Shown: in pieces, positions 34,805 through 44,227 of the stretch | Layout of the letters: every line of letters starts with the position of its first letter | Position numbering within the stretch: the first letter of the stretch is position 1 | Sequence record: MK524178.1 | DNA: 64,000 bases | Source: Escherichia phage PHB12 | Reading direction: 5' to 3' (one strand) | Translations under genes and position numbers: made by a program | The notes under the pieces: model-generated | Seen by the model: only the letters and a program-made list of their open reading frames with translations | Database searches by the model: none | Told to the model about the DNA's origin: nothing

Positions 34805-35110
34805 TTAGCACAACGCAGAAGACGAAACCCAAGCACCTTCAGTAATAACGTAACCATTACCTTCACGCTTAACATCGCCACCATTATTTTCAATTTCATC
34901 TTTCATCCACTGGGATACGATTTCACCCTTAGGATAATAAGTACGACCGCTACCATAATCACCTACAGAAAATGATACGGCATATTGGTCTGCGATCTTT
35001 GTTGCTTCTTCTTCGATACGTTCAGCTTGGTTCAGAAGTTTATAAATTGCATCTGAAGCGGATTTGGCATCATTAAACTCTGGTACTTTAATTTCAATAA
35101 TCTTACTCAT
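34805..35110 (-). CDS. small protein, member 3 of tandem family ending GW(I/V)xSSxxC
   Basis: 101 aa; C-terminus ...TEGAWVSSSALC. Confidence 0.45.
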   Translation of the reverse strand: MSKIIEIKVPEFNDAKSASDAIYKLLNQAERIEEEATKIADQYAVSFSVGDYGSGRTYYPKGEIVSQWMKDEIENNGGDVKREGNGYVITEGAWVSSSALC

Positions 35111-35466
35111 TTTCTACATTCCTTAATAAAGTTTTCTATTGTTTCATTTTCACGTCTAGCTAGGAGTTCATTATAACTAATCATTTGAGAAGCGTAAACT
35201 TTTTTATTTTTCTTGTTATGGTTTATAAAATCGTAGTAAAAATAGACTACAGTACAAAAGGATGCGATGGATGCAAAGGCTTGGGTATACCGTAAGTCCT
35301 GCCATTGGTCTGTGAATCCACCAGAGTTCCCTATAAATCCTAACACAACGCCGTCAATAAGAAATCCAACTAATCCAAAGGCAAATCCCATGCCAATACT
35401 CATAATAAAAATTAGAATGTTCTCACCAAGAGAAGGCCATACGGTTAAGAGTTGAGGCTTTTGCAT
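35107..35466 (-). CDS. membrane protein
   Basis: 119 aa; three hydrophobic segments. Confidence 0.4.
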   Translation of the reverse strand: MQKPQLLTVWPSLGENILIFIMSIGMGFAFGLVGFLIDGVVLGFIGNSGGFTDQWQDLRYTQAFASIASFCTVVYFYYDFINHNKKNKKVYASQMISYNELLARRENETIENFIKECRK

Positions 35467-35870
35467 CTTATTTCCTTAACGAATTCCATAGCTTCTTCAT
35501 ATTCATACTTTTTAACAGCTTCATCATACTGAGCTTGGGCTTTTGCGCACTGAACTTTCCACTCACGAACTCGAGCTCTGTGATGACGGCCTTGGTGCCA
35601 ATATCCTACCCAGTTAATAGGCATTAATAAAAATGGTACAATAAGTGGTGCGACGAACATTAATGAAAATGCTGCATCAGACGATATAACTTCACTAGAA
35701 TCTAAAACAGCTCCTATAATCATAAAGATTAAAAATGCTAAAGCTAAAATAGGGCCAAATAGTACTTCGTTTGGGATTAATTTACGTTTGTATTCATACG
35801 CCCAAGGCTTAATTGGCATGTATAGGGTTGGCTTTGACATATTCTCTACATTCCATAATAAATTGCTCAA
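35445..35870 (-). CDS. membrane protein
   Basis: 141 aa; two hydrophobic segments; true start may be an internal Met because the N-terminus overlaps the upstream ORF. Confidence 0.4.
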   Translation of the reverse strand: MSNLLWNVENMSKPTLYMPIKPWAYEYKRKLIPNEVLFGPILALAFLIFMIIGAVLDSSEVISSDAAFSLMFVAPLIVPFLLMPINWVGYWHQGRHHRARVREWKVQCAKAQAQYDEAVKKYEYEEAMEFVKEIRCKSLNS

Positions 35871-36426
35871 GGATTAAATTGTTAGTGAAATTAGGACTAA
35901 CAACCATAGTTTCATAAAGCGCATCAATAGCACTTAAAGCATCAACTCTTTTAAGCAAAGGCTTGCCTTCATACATAGTTTCAGAATCGACGATTAACGT
36001 AAAGTAGTATTTTTTATTATCGACTAGAACTTCTGTATCGATATAAAACATATTAGACCTCAGAAGCTTATCTCTAAAACCATAATAATCTTCAGAGCGT
36101 TCGCTGATATATTCCAATTCAGTGTTTAAACAACAAACAGACCACGTAGGAGCAACGAAATCAGTGAATCTAATATCATGGTCTGCAACTAGTTTAGCAA
36201 TAGCTCCGATATCATTAATCATGATACCTGGGGCTAATAAAGATTTTCGGTTATTTGCATATTCAGTTGTCTCATAAGAAGCTGACCAGTACCATTTACG
36301 TCCGGTTGCAACATATCGTAATGAATCGACTAAAGACGTAGGTGGATTTACCTTATCTCGGAACTCTTCGAACATTGAGTCAATATCATTATTTTGGTTT
36401 CGCATGTTAACTCCTTTATTATCCAA
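35809..36426 (-). CDS. hypothetical protein
   Basis: 205 aa ORF. Confidence 0.45.
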   Translation of the reverse strand: MDNKGVNMRNQNNDIDSMFEEFRDKVNPPTSLVDSLRYVATGRKWYWSASYETTEYANNRKSLLAPGIMINDIGAIAKLVADHDIRFTDFVAPTWSVCCLNTELEYISERSEDYYGFRDKLLRSNMFYIDTEVLVDNKKYYFTLIVDSETMYEGKPLLKRVDALSAIDALYETMVVSPNFTNNLILEQFIMECREYVKANPIHAN

Positions 36427-36428
36427 AA

Positions 36429-36446
36429 GGAGGACCGGAGTCCTCC
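36429..36446 (-). terminator. hairpin terminator (GGAGGAC-CGGA-GTCCTCC), possibly bidirectional
   Basis: Perfect 7-bp stem; followed by T-rich sequence on both strands (TTTTGG on minus). Confidence 0.55.
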
Positions 36447-36454
36447 GTATTATT

Positions 36455-37048
36455 TTATTTCAAAGAGTTAATATATTCTTGTACATCAGCAGAAGTGGTT
36501 TCGACACCGGCTGGAGTGCCGTTGAACGTTTCAACACGAGTCAGAGTGTCTTCGATATCAACCTTAGTCAGTGCAGCAATTTCAATCACATCATCAGCCG
36601 TAGAGATACCAAGAGCATTGGCTGCTCGAGTTTCACGAATGTATTCGAGTTTGATTGCCAGATTCTGACGAGCGTCATCAAGTTCAACCACCTTACGAGC
36701 AATTTCAATTCGCATAGCGGCGTACCCGTCAGCTTTTGTATTAAGTTGTTCGGCAGTTCGACGATACAGAAGACCAAGCTTAGCATGCATGGTAACATCT
36801 TGTCCTTCAGCCAAGAGCTTACGAATTTCACGTTCCTTAGAAGCGGCTTGCTTGTTCTTTTCATTAACAAGTTCGCGAATACGTTTTTCTTCATTAATAG
36901 ATTTAATAGAAGCCGTTTTTAGTTCTTTGATTTGGGTAATCAACTTATCTGCAGCTGCGTTATACTGTTCTTCGACAGTCAGATTTTTAGCCATAGCAGT
37001 ACCCAGTTTAGTGCGGATGAATTCAACAAGTTTCTTCAGTGTGTTCAT
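36455..37048 (-). CDS. coiled-coil protein
   Basis: Start set at ATG 37046-37048 ([10 protein letters not shown]...); about 197 aa predicted helical/coiled coil throughout. Confidence 0.45.
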   Translation of the reverse strand: MNTLKKLVEFIRTKLGTAMAKNLTVEEQYNAAADKLITQIKELKTASIKSINEEKRIRELVNEKNKQAASKEREIRKLLAEGQDVTMHAKLGLLYRRTAEQLNTKADGYAAMRIEIARKVVELDDARQNLAIKLEYIRETRAANALGISTADDVIEIAALTKVDIEDTLTRVETFNGTPAGVETTSADVQEYINSLK

Positions 37049-37089
37049 ATTATTACCTTTCAATTGGTGGTTTATTATCCAATGAGAGC

Positions 37090-37118
37090 ATTATACTCTG
37101 CTCTCAAGAGTTTGTAAA
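37090..37118 (-). promoter_or_regulatory. early promoter TTTACA-17-TATAAT with -10 inside hairpin loop (copy of the 6765-6800 cassette)
   Basis: Minus strand TTTACAAACTCTTGAGAGCAGAGTATAATGCTCTCATTGG; inverted repeat TGAGAGCA/TGCTCTCA. Confidence 0.6.
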
Positions 37119-37346
37119 TTATTTTTTAATCAAATTGACATAAAATTCTGCATCTTCAGGGTGCATGCCTTCGCAGTATTCTTCAACCATGAACTTCTTA
37201 ACAGCTTCATAAGGGCCACTCAGATTAAGCTTGGTTGTCCAGAACTTGGAATCTTGGGCTGAATCGATACGAACTTCAGGGTGACGGTTGCGAATAACTT
37301 CTTCAGTGTATTCATAATCAACGACATCAATACTAACTGTAGCCAT
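37119..37346 (-). CDS. hypothetical protein
   Basis: 75 aa acidic ORF. Confidence 0.4.
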   Translation of the reverse strand: MATVSIDVVDYEYTEEVIRNRHPEVRIDSAQDSKFWTTKLNLSGPYEAVKKFMVEEYCEGMHPEDAEFYVNLIKK

Positions 37347-37392
37347 TTTGTTTTCCTCTTGATTTGATGTGATTACTATAACATAAACTTAC

Positions 37393-37557
37393 TTAGATGT
37401 AAATTATTTCAACGTCACCTTTAGCTGCTTTATAACCTTCAGCCCAAGATACAACAGAGTTTTTATCCGAGGATTCAAATTCAGGCATTGGACTTTCACC
37501 GATATTCACACAGTATGTTTCTTCATTTTCATCGAACCAAATAATTAAAGTAGTCAT
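37393..37557 (-). CDS. small hypothetical protein (54 aa)
   Basis: ATG at 37555-37557 preceded by GAGGAG; below the ORF-track cutoff. Confidence 0.35.
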   Translation of the reverse strand: MTTLIIWFDENEETYCVNIGESPMPEFESSDKNSVVSWAEGYKAAKGDVEIIYI

Positions 37558-37587
37558 TTTGTTTACTCCTCTGTAGTTGATAAGTCT

Positions 37588-37616
37588 ATAGTATCATGTC
37601 CTTAGAAGAAGTAAAC
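37588..37616 (-). promoter_or_regulatory. early promoter GTTTAC-17-TACTAT
   Basis: GTTTAC at rc of 37611-37616; ATAAGTCTATAGTATCA motif of the cassette family. Confidence 0.5.
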
Positions 37617-37647
37617 ATCTTTATGAAATATTTTTATGCCCTAGATA

Positions 37648-37676
37648 CCAAAAGGCCCCAACCATAAGGAAGGGGC
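37648..37676 (-). terminator. rho-independent terminator closing the tRNA/stable-RNA transcription unit (third copy of GCCCCAACC...GGAAGGGGC)
   Basis: Hairpin 37655-37676 followed on minus transcript by CUUUUGG. Confidence 0.6.
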
Positions 37677-37728
37677 TAAGCCTTGCGGCAACCTTGTCGG
37701 GGTTCCACCTGCTAAGGCAAGTGTTTGT

Positions 37729-37820
37729 ACGAAACGCCGGGATTCGAACCCGGTTATTAAGCAGTTGACGCTACTCAATATTTTTAAAAGGCCATATCTC
37801 GACCATATCCGAACGTTCCG
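37729..37820 (-). ncRNA. tRNA-like element (canonical T-arm and acceptor stem, non-canonical core); possible stable small RNA or degenerate long-arm tRNA
   Basis: Minus strand has CCGGG-TTCGAAT-CCCGG T-arm followed by CGTTTCG, which pairs with CGGAACG about 85 nt upstream; D and anticodon regions are AT-rich and do not fold canonically. Confidence 0.3.
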
Positions 37821-37988
37821 TCAAAAACGCTACTCGGCTTATAGCAAAGATATTTCCTCGAATCGATAATTCGGTGCGCCGTTTCTGCTGTGATGTAAGG
37901 GGATATTAACGAATCATAAAGATTTATTAAGACCAGTCCTTACACAGGGAACATCAGTCCGACGACTTGCCGGTAGCGACCCGGCTTC

Positions 37989-38333
37989 TTATTTTGGCAT
38001 ATTATCAATTTGCTCTCGACGCCGACGCCATAGATTAATCGCTTCATTAACACATTCGGCGTTTAGTATATGACGGCAATAATATAATGATTCGCGTTTC
38101 TGAAACCGATGTTGCAATGGGATTTCGTTTAAAAGGTCTTTGCGATCAAAGTATTCAAAACTAGTTAACCCGGAACGGTTTTTAATGAACTTCCAATGAC
38201 CAAATTCATTTTGGAAATAAACGTAATCAGCGTGTTGATATAACGAATTAATCAACCGGTCGGAAATAACTGTATCCTGTTCGTTAAAATAAAACGTTAA
38301 ATCATGAACTACCAGATAAACATTGCCTTTCAT
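37989..38333 (-). CDS. hypothetical protein within the tRNA region
   Basis: Track ORF 37989..38381 trimmed to ATG 38331-38333 (MKGNVYLVVHD...) because the upstream part overlaps tRNA-Arg. Confidence 0.4.
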   Translation of the reverse strand: MKGNVYLVVHDLTFYFNEQDTVISDRLINSLYQHADYVYFQNEFGHWKFIKNRSGLTSFEYFDRKDLLNEIPLQHRFQKRESLYYCRHILNAECVNEAINLWRRRREQIDNMPK

Positions 38334-38349
38334 ATTTTCCTCACTTAAA

Positions 38350-38426
<77 letters not shown>

Positions 38427-38432
38427 CGAATA

Positions 38433-38506
38433 TATGACCCAGACCAGATTCGAACTGGTAACCTTTCCCTTATGAGGGGACTGCTGCTAACCGTTGAGCT
38501 ACAGGG
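38433..38506 (-). tRNA. tRNA with CAT anticodon (Met or lysidine-type Ile)
   Basis: Hand-folded: acceptor GGCCCTG/CTGGGTC (one mismatch), anticodon loop CTCATAA, T-arm ACCAG-TTCGAAT-CTGGT; D-stem has one C-C mismatch. Confidence 0.6.
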
Positions 38507-38587
38507 CCTAAATAACTTTCTATTATGAAAGGCACTTTAGAGCACCTTTGGTAATAGAGGGTATGAATTAATAATAACACATAATTC

Positions 38588-39103
38588 TTAAAGCAAATCA
38601 ACCATTTTAACGGTTGGCAAAACAATTTCTTTTTCAATATAAGCAAATTCGACACGTTCAACTACACGCAAGAAATCGTAATCATAGTATTCAGAAGCAT
38701 AGCCAAGAATATCAATAAGTCCTTGAGATATCTCATCGCCTTTCACAAAGAACAGGTCGAATACGCGGGCTTCGTCTTCTTCAGATTTATCACCAAGGTC
38801 GACTTCAATATCAAAGACCTTTTTAATAAATTCCGGTTGGAGTTGGTCTGAGAACAGTCCTTCAACCAGATATTCGTAGATAATAAGCGAGCAACGTCCG
38901 AATGGTGTATTACCGCAATAACGTTCGGCTTTAGTGCTAGAATGACGGCTCTTAAATTTCTTAAAGAGATATTTAAACTGTTGGAGCTCATGCTCTTCCA
39001 CTTCAAACAATGTTTTGGTTTTATAGTTGTCACCATCACTTTCATATGTAGTGACATCAATTACGTAGCCCTTAGGAATTGTACTGCCTAAACGAATATT
39101 CAT
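38588..39103 (-). CDS. hypothetical protein
   Basis: 171 aa acidic ORF. Confidence 0.45.
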   Translation of the reverse strand: MNIRLGSTIPKGYVIDVTTYESDGDNYKTKTLFEVEEHELQQFKYLFKKFKSRHSSTKAERYCGNTPFGRCSLIIYEYLVEGLFSDQLQPEFIKKVFDIEVDLGDKSEEDEARVFDLFFVKGDEISQGLIDILGYASEYYDYDFLRVVERVEFAYIEKEIVLPTVKMVDLL

Positions 39104-39107
39104 TTAA

Positions 39108-39398
39108 TCACCATACCATATTAATGTAAGTATACTCAATACATTCAAGATTTAAAGGATTCTTGAAAATATCATATTCAAGAGGGCCTTTTTCTGTTTC
39201 AATAAAGAAATCAAAGTTAACTGTGTTAAATTTATCGTCTTCGCAGAGTAATTTAACCTGTGAAGACGAACGGTCGATATAAACCTTTTCAACCTCAAAG
39301 TTAGTCAGAATACCGTAGTCATCGACTAGTGCTTTAGCTGCACGTTGGTCGCTTTCATATCCATTCTCAACGGATTTTACCTTAGCATAAAGAATCAT
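39108..39398 (-). CDS. hypothetical protein
   Basis: 96 aa ORF. Confidence 0.4.
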   Translation of the reverse strand: MILYAKVKSVENGYESDQRAAKALVDDYGILTNFEVEKVYIDRSSSQVKLLCEDDKFNTVNFDFFIETEKGPLEYDIFKNPLNLECIEYTYINMVW

Positions 39399-39757
39399 GA
39401 ATGTTCCACCACTTCAAAGGTATGAGCATCAACAATATGGTACCAGTCAAAATTTTCTTCTGCGTTTTTATAAATTTCGCGAAGAGCTTCAACAGTTTTT
39501 CCTGTAGCAACAAGATCATCAATACCACCAAGAGGATAACAGTCATAACCAGCAAACAGAAGGAAATTAATAGTTTCTGTAGGTTCTGGATGCAGAACAC
39601 CGTTATCATCTACCACTTCAAAGAAAGTGTAAGAAGGAGTACAAGTTTTAATCCAAGCCCATGCTTGAGCCGCTGAATCAAATGGTCTGCGTATCAAACG
39701 ACAATCCGGGTCTTTAGAAGGATTTGCTTCAAAATCCGCATATACGTGATATTTCAT
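39395..39757 (-). CDS. hypothetical protein
   Basis: Start set at internal ATG (MKYHVYADFEANPSKD...); about 120 aa. Confidence 0.4.
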   Translation of the reverse strand: MKYHVYADFEANPSKDPDCRLIRRPFDSAAQAWAWIKTCTPSYTFFEVVDDNGVLHPEPTETINFLLFAGYDCYPLGGIDDLVATGKTVEALREIYKNAEENFDWYHIVDAHTFEVVEHS

Positions 39758-39758
39758 T

Positions 39759-39944
39759 TTACTCACCTTTTGCAATTTTATCCATAACGATAGCGATTAA
39801 GCCGATTAGAAATGCTACTACCAATGAGATAGAGTTTTCGGTTGTTGTCAGTAGTCCACAAATGAATCCTACAAACATCGAAAAACTAAAAGCCATTGAA
39901 GCAATTACTACAGCAACATTACGAATCAGTTCAGCGCGTTTCAT
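39759..39944 (-). CDS. small membrane protein
   Basis: Start at ATG after GGAGA (MKRAELIRNVAVVIASMAF...); two hydrophobic segments; about 61 aa. Confidence 0.35.
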   Translation of the reverse strand: MKRAELIRNVAVVIASMAFSFSMFVGFICGLLTTTENSISLVVAFLIGLIAIVMDKIAKGE

Positions 39945-39971
39945 TTTATTCTCCATTTACTCATTTGTTTT

Positions 39972-40010
39972 GATAGGACTACTATAACATAGTCCTATAG
40001 GCTTGTATAC
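39972..40010 (-). promoter_or_regulatory. promoter-early stem-loop cassette (ATAGGACTACTATAACATAGTCCTAT)
   Basis: 9-bp inverted repeat ATAGGACTA/TAGTCCTAT enclosing the -10 region; -35-like GTATAC. Confidence 0.55.
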
Positions 40011-40012
40011 CT

Positions 40013-40276
40013 TTATTTCAAATATATTGCGTATTTTTTATAGCCACCAGGCTCGTGTCGAAGACCTTTATCATTCGCAAAACGTTGAATGTTATTGAAC
40101 TGGTTTTCATCAAGTTCGGATGTGTCAAATACGAAAAAGTTTCGTTTGTTACCAAGCGTGATATGCGGAGTTAAGTCAATGTTATACAAATTAAGAATAT
40201 CAGCAATAACCTGATTAACCGCTTTGTTAATTTTCACACCAGATGATTCTGAGATGAATTCGTTGAAAGTTTTCAT
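40013..40276 (-). CDS. internal-protein-like protein with capsid-targeting leader
   Basis: Start at ATG 40274-40276 (MKTFNEFISES...); 87 aa. Confidence 0.5.
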   Translation of the reverse strand: MKTFNEFISESSGVKINKAVNQVIADILNLYNIDLTPHITLGNKRNFFVFDTSELDENQFNNIQRFANDKGLRHEPGGYKKYAIYLK

Positions 40277-40300
40277 TTTAGGTTCCATTTGGTTGTTTTG

Positions 40301-40337
40301 ATAGGACTACTATAACATAGTCCTATCATGTTGTAAA
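40301..40337 (-). promoter_or_regulatory. promoter-early stem-loop cassette (same 26-nt hairpin as 39972)
   Basis: ATAGGACTACTATAACATAGTCCTATC followed by TTTACA at rc of 40332-40337 (17-nt spacer to TATAGT). Confidence 0.55.
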
Positions 40338-40649
40338 TTATTTTATGCCTTTAGAAGAAATGGTATTTTGGCGTTTGACCCCTGTTTGTGAAAAATCGTG
40401 GTTATCGATTTGGTCAACTCGCATAACACCAAATGCGGATTTAATTTTGGCTTTTGAACCTTTTTTGATACTAATTACCATATAAGTATCATTTTTCTTA
40501 TATTCGAAATTTGTTACTTCAACGCCTTGATTAGAAATTGACTTAATAATAGCATTAGCGTATTCATCATCTAACGGACCGTTAGTGTTAATAATAAAAT
40601 TTTTATCCGCTTTAGTAGCTTCCGCGATGAATTCTTGATAGGTTTTCAT
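40338..40649 (-). CDS. internal-protein-like protein with capsid-targeting leader
   Basis: 103 aa; begins MKTYQEFIAEA. Confidence 0.55.
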   Translation of the reverse strand: MKTYQEFIAEATKADKNFIINTNGPLDDEYANAIIKSISNQGVEVTNFEYKKNDTYMVISIKKGSKAKIKSAFGVMRVDQIDNHDFSQTGVKRQNTISSKGIK

Positions 40650-40676
40650 TTTATTTCCTTGAGGTTGTTTATTTGA

Positions 40677-40713
40677 TAGGATGATAGTAACACACCATCA
40701 TCCTTATGTAAAC
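40677..40713 (-). promoter_or_regulatory. promoter-early stem-loop cassette variant (AGGATGAT/ATCATCCT stem)
   Basis: 8-bp inverted repeat around TAGTAACAC; GTTTAC at rc of 40708-40713. Confidence 0.5.
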
Positions 40714-40726
40714 TGTTTTGTGAAAA

Positions 40727-41412
<686 letters not shown>

Positions 41413-41416
41413 TTTA

Positions 41417-42151
41417 TCACCTTAAGATTTTTTCAATTTTAGAATAAAGCTCTTCTAACGAGCCGTCGTTTGTAATAACTAAGTCGCCTTCTTCAATAGG
41501 CAACCCAGCTTCTGTAATATGTTTATCAGTGGATTCCGTACCAGAACGAACCACATGAATAACTGTAGCACCCATCGCTCTAGCGGTTTCCATTTCATGG
41601 ACTTGGCGTGTATCGGTCACAACGTAGTAATCGAAATCACTTCCAATATAATCCATATAGTTTAATGCAAAAAGCTTAACCCAATACATACGGTCAAATA
41701 AATTAACGACAACATCCGTACCGAGGGCTTGCATAAGACGGCGGATTGACCATGTGTCGTTGATATTATTTATAGCTTCACGCAGGGCTTCATATGGTTT
41801 AATATCTAGATACGAATATCCACCTTCTAACGATGATAACACTTTAACATTATTAATCGGTAAATATTGACTTTGCAAATAAATTAGCGCTTCTTCCATT
41901 AATTCAATAACATCCAATTTATTGAGATTTAATGGTGTTTCACGGTCGTATCCAATGCCTTCAAAGTATTCATATTTCAACTTGGTGAATACATCCGGGT
42001 TTTCGGCGTGTTTACGCTCCCAAGCTATTGCTAGAGCGTCTTTAATTGGATATGCTAATTGATATTTTATGGATTTAAAGTTTGAATTGATGTAATCAGC
42101 AGTAGTGTCTTTACCACTACGTTTGATGCCGCTTAAAAAGATTAGCTCCAT
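41417..42151 (-). CDS. 1: deoxynucleoside monophosphate kinase gp1
   Basis: 244 aa; P-loop LSGIKRSGKDT; conserved ...SIRRLMQALGTDVVVNLFDRMYWVKLFALNY... as in T4 gp1. Confidence 0.9.
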   Translation of the reverse strand: MELIFLSGIKRSGKDTTADYINSNFKSIKYQLAYPIKDALAIAWERKHAENPDVFTKLKYEYFEGIGYDRETPLNLNKLDVIELMEEALIYLQSQYLPINNVKVLSSLEGGYSYLDIKPYEALREAINNINDTWSIRRLMQALGTDVVVNLFDRMYWVKLFALNYMDYIGSDFDYYVVTDTRQVHEMETARAMGATVIHVVRSGTESTDKHITEAGLPIEEGDLVITNDGSLEELYSKIEKILR

Positions 42152-42205
42152 AGGTTTTTCCTCATATAATTTATGAACGATTATAACATATGGAGCTAGA
42201 AGCGA

Positions 42206-42796
42206 TTAGCGCAAGGAAGGGTGTCTAGAAATGGATTTAGATTCGGCAGCCTGACGTGGTTGTTGAGATACAATGACTTCGCCATCCTTTTCTATCGTCA
42301 TATACGCGTAATGAATAGTTGCTACGCAAGTAACGGCAGGGTCAGAGTCTTCAGTGTAACTAAATTCAATTTCGCTCAAATCGGAAATCCATGGTTTATA
42401 GAAATTTGCCGTCAAAACCACTTCAGTCTTATTGTTGTTTAAAATGTGCAAAGTAACAAACTCAGGACCATCGGAGTGGGCCGTATTATGTCCGGTTATA
42501 TAGTTATTAGTGCTGAGCATCCATTTATACATGTTCATCCAGGACGTCATGTCTTCATCAACTATAAATCGTACAATAAAGGGGTCATATTCAAATGTAG
42601 TGCCTGCACGCATTGCACGCCCTAACCCCATTGTGCCTGTCACAGTTTCAACAACAGGAATTCTCACACCTGGCAACGGCGCTGTTTGGGCATTGAGCAC
42701 AAAACCTGAAGTTCGTGTACTATCCGGGATATCCACAACAAAGTTTGTTATATTTGTTTGATTAAAAATCTGTCTCGCTGGACGAGTCATAAGCAC
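42206..42796 (-). CDS. 3: tail completion / sheath stabiliser gp3
   Basis: FVLNAQTAPLPGVRIPVVETVTGTMGLGRAMRAGTTFEYDP... matches T4 gp3 as recalled; between genes 1 and 2; exact start uncertain. Confidence 0.8.
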   Translation of the reverse strand: MLMTRPARQIFNQTNITNFVVDIPDSTRTSGFVLNAQTAPLPGVRIPVVETVTGTMGLGRAMRAGTTFEYDPFIVRFIVDEDMTSWMNMYKWMLSTNNYITGHNTAHSDGPEFVTLHILNNNKTEVVLTANFYKPWISDLSEIEFSYTEDSDPAVTCVATIHYAYMTIEKDGEVIVSQQPRQAAESKSISRHPSLR

Positions 42797-42892
42797 CTCA
42801 AAAACGCTTTAATAAAAATGCAGTATAATGGTTTTAGGTCTCTTCCATTAATCCGGTTCAACAGAATATCAGAAGAACGGAAGAGAATAGAA

Positions 42893-43714
42893 TTAAGATT
42901 TCCAAACAGTATTCGCAGAGAAACGTTTTCCTTTTGACATAAATTGCTGAGTAGGTAACATGATTATGTTAGCCCAGTCTTTAGGAGCTATTTCTGTTAT
43001 TGTTCCTATAATGTGGCCTGGCAGGTATGCTTTAATCATTTTGTCAGCACCTTGAAATCCTTTCACCTTGCTCCAGTCTATCTTCAACTTTGTGTTATTA
43101 GTAATAGTAGTTGTGCTAGCATATTGCTTCAGCAATTCTTCAAGAAACTGTTGACGTGCTTTAGGTGGGATATAGTGCAAGTTTAGCCCATACATCAAAT
43201 TATGTTTACCTAATCCCAAATAAATAATCAAAGGATATCGGTCCCAATACGGCAGAGTATCTTTATGTTTAGCATCATACACGTAAGTATAAATTTTGCC
43301 TGGCGTAGGCTTGACTACTTTATGACCTTTTACACTTTTCTTAATTGTTTCAACAAACCACTTAGATGATTTGTTGTTTACTGCTGCGCCTTCATTTCTA
43401 ATCTTTTCTCGTATTGAACTGCGAAACGAGTTTATCATCAGAAGTTGACGTTCTTGCTTATTGAGTTTATTTTTAGGTTTAGATTCAAGCGTTTCAATTT
43501 TCTGTGCAGTCTTAATAGATGATGCATATCTAGACATTGCAGATGTAAACGACGAGTATTTTATTCCTTTTGATTCTGCAAATGCTTTTGCAGTGATTCC
43601 TTTCTCTTTAGCTTTCTTGTATTCTAATCCTATCTCAATCCATTTTCTTTCATTCATAGACTGAGCAATCTTAGGGGCTTGTACGCCTTCAGATATAATT
43701 TGGAATATGCTCAT
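42893..43714 (-). CDS. 2: DNA end protector protein gp2
   Basis: 273 aa basic protein; T4 gene order 1-3-2-4 and size match gp2. Confidence 0.8.
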   Translation of the reverse strand: MSIFQIISEGVQAPKIAQSMNERKWIEIGLEYKKAKEKGITAKAFAESKGIKYSSFTSAMSRYASSIKTAQKIETLESKPKNKLNKQERQLLMINSFRSSIREKIRNEGAAVNNKSSKWFVETIKKSVKGHKVVKPTPGKIYTYVYDAKHKDTLPYWDRYPLIIYLGLGKHNLMYGLNLHYIPPKARQQFLEELLKQYASTTTITNNTKLKIDWSKVKGFQGADKMIKAYLPGHIIGTITEIAPKDWANIIMLPTQQFMSKGKRFSANTVWKS

Positions 43715-43716
43715 AA

Positions 43717-44166
43717 TTACCCCTTGTATCCGAGTTTTCTAAGACCATCTTCGGTTAGAACTCGAAATTTTATATTTCTCTTTTCAGCAACAGCTGACGC
43801 CGCTTTCCATTTATCACAGTTCACAGACCAGGTATATATTTCATTCATATAACGTTTCTTTGCTGCAGTAGTAAGATTTGCAGGCTTAATAGGTGGTTGA
43901 GTTTCTTTCTTTGGTTTTATTTCTACAAAGAACTCTTGACCTGATGCATCTTTCATCCATATGTCCATATAGTATCGACGTTTCTTACCTTCAGCATTAC
44001 AAAAATATGGAATTACTGCCGTTTCGCTGCCCCACGCAATAATTTCTGGATTTTTATCCAACCATTCGAAAAAGAATTTTTCCCAGTTTGAACGATACGT
44101 TATTTTGGTATGGTCTCCACGGTATTTTTTTAAATTTTTTGGGACCCATTTACCAGAGTAGGCCAT
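43717..44166 (-). CDS. 4: head completion protein gp4
   Basis: From ATG 44164-44166: [55 protein letters not shown]... matches T4 gp4; 149 aa. Confidence 0.85.
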   Translation of the reverse strand: MAYSGKWVPKNLKKYRGDHTKITYRSNWEKFFFEWLDKNPEIIAWGSETAVIPYFCNAEGKKRRYYMDIWMKDASGQEFFVEIKPKKETQPPIKPANLTTAAKKRYMNEIYTWSVNCDKWKAASAVAEKRNIKFRVLTEDGLRKLGYKG

Positions 44167-44177
44167 GTTGTCCTCCT

Positions 44178-44200
44178 TATAAATAGTATTATTATTTATA
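44178..44200. promoter_or_regulatory. divergent T4-type late promoters (TATAAATA on each strand)
   Basis: Plus-strand TATAAATA at 44178-44185 (toward gene 53) and TATTTATA at 44193-44200 (rc, toward gene 4). Confidence 0.65.
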
Positions 44201-44227
44201 CCAATTTCATATTGGAAGGAGACTATC

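Noticed and set aside
36455-37048. PspA/IM30-like call for the 197-aa coiled-coil protein
   Set aside because: Only the all-helical architecture and size resemble PspA; no convincing sequence match from memory, so left as a generic coiled-coil protein.
37729-37820. Reading the tRNA-like element as a canonical type-II tRNA (Ser/Leu)
   Set aside because: T-arm and acceptor stem pair well, but I could not fold a D-arm or anticodon arm, and the core is an AT-rich palindrome (TTTTAAAAA); kept only as a low-confidence ncRNA.
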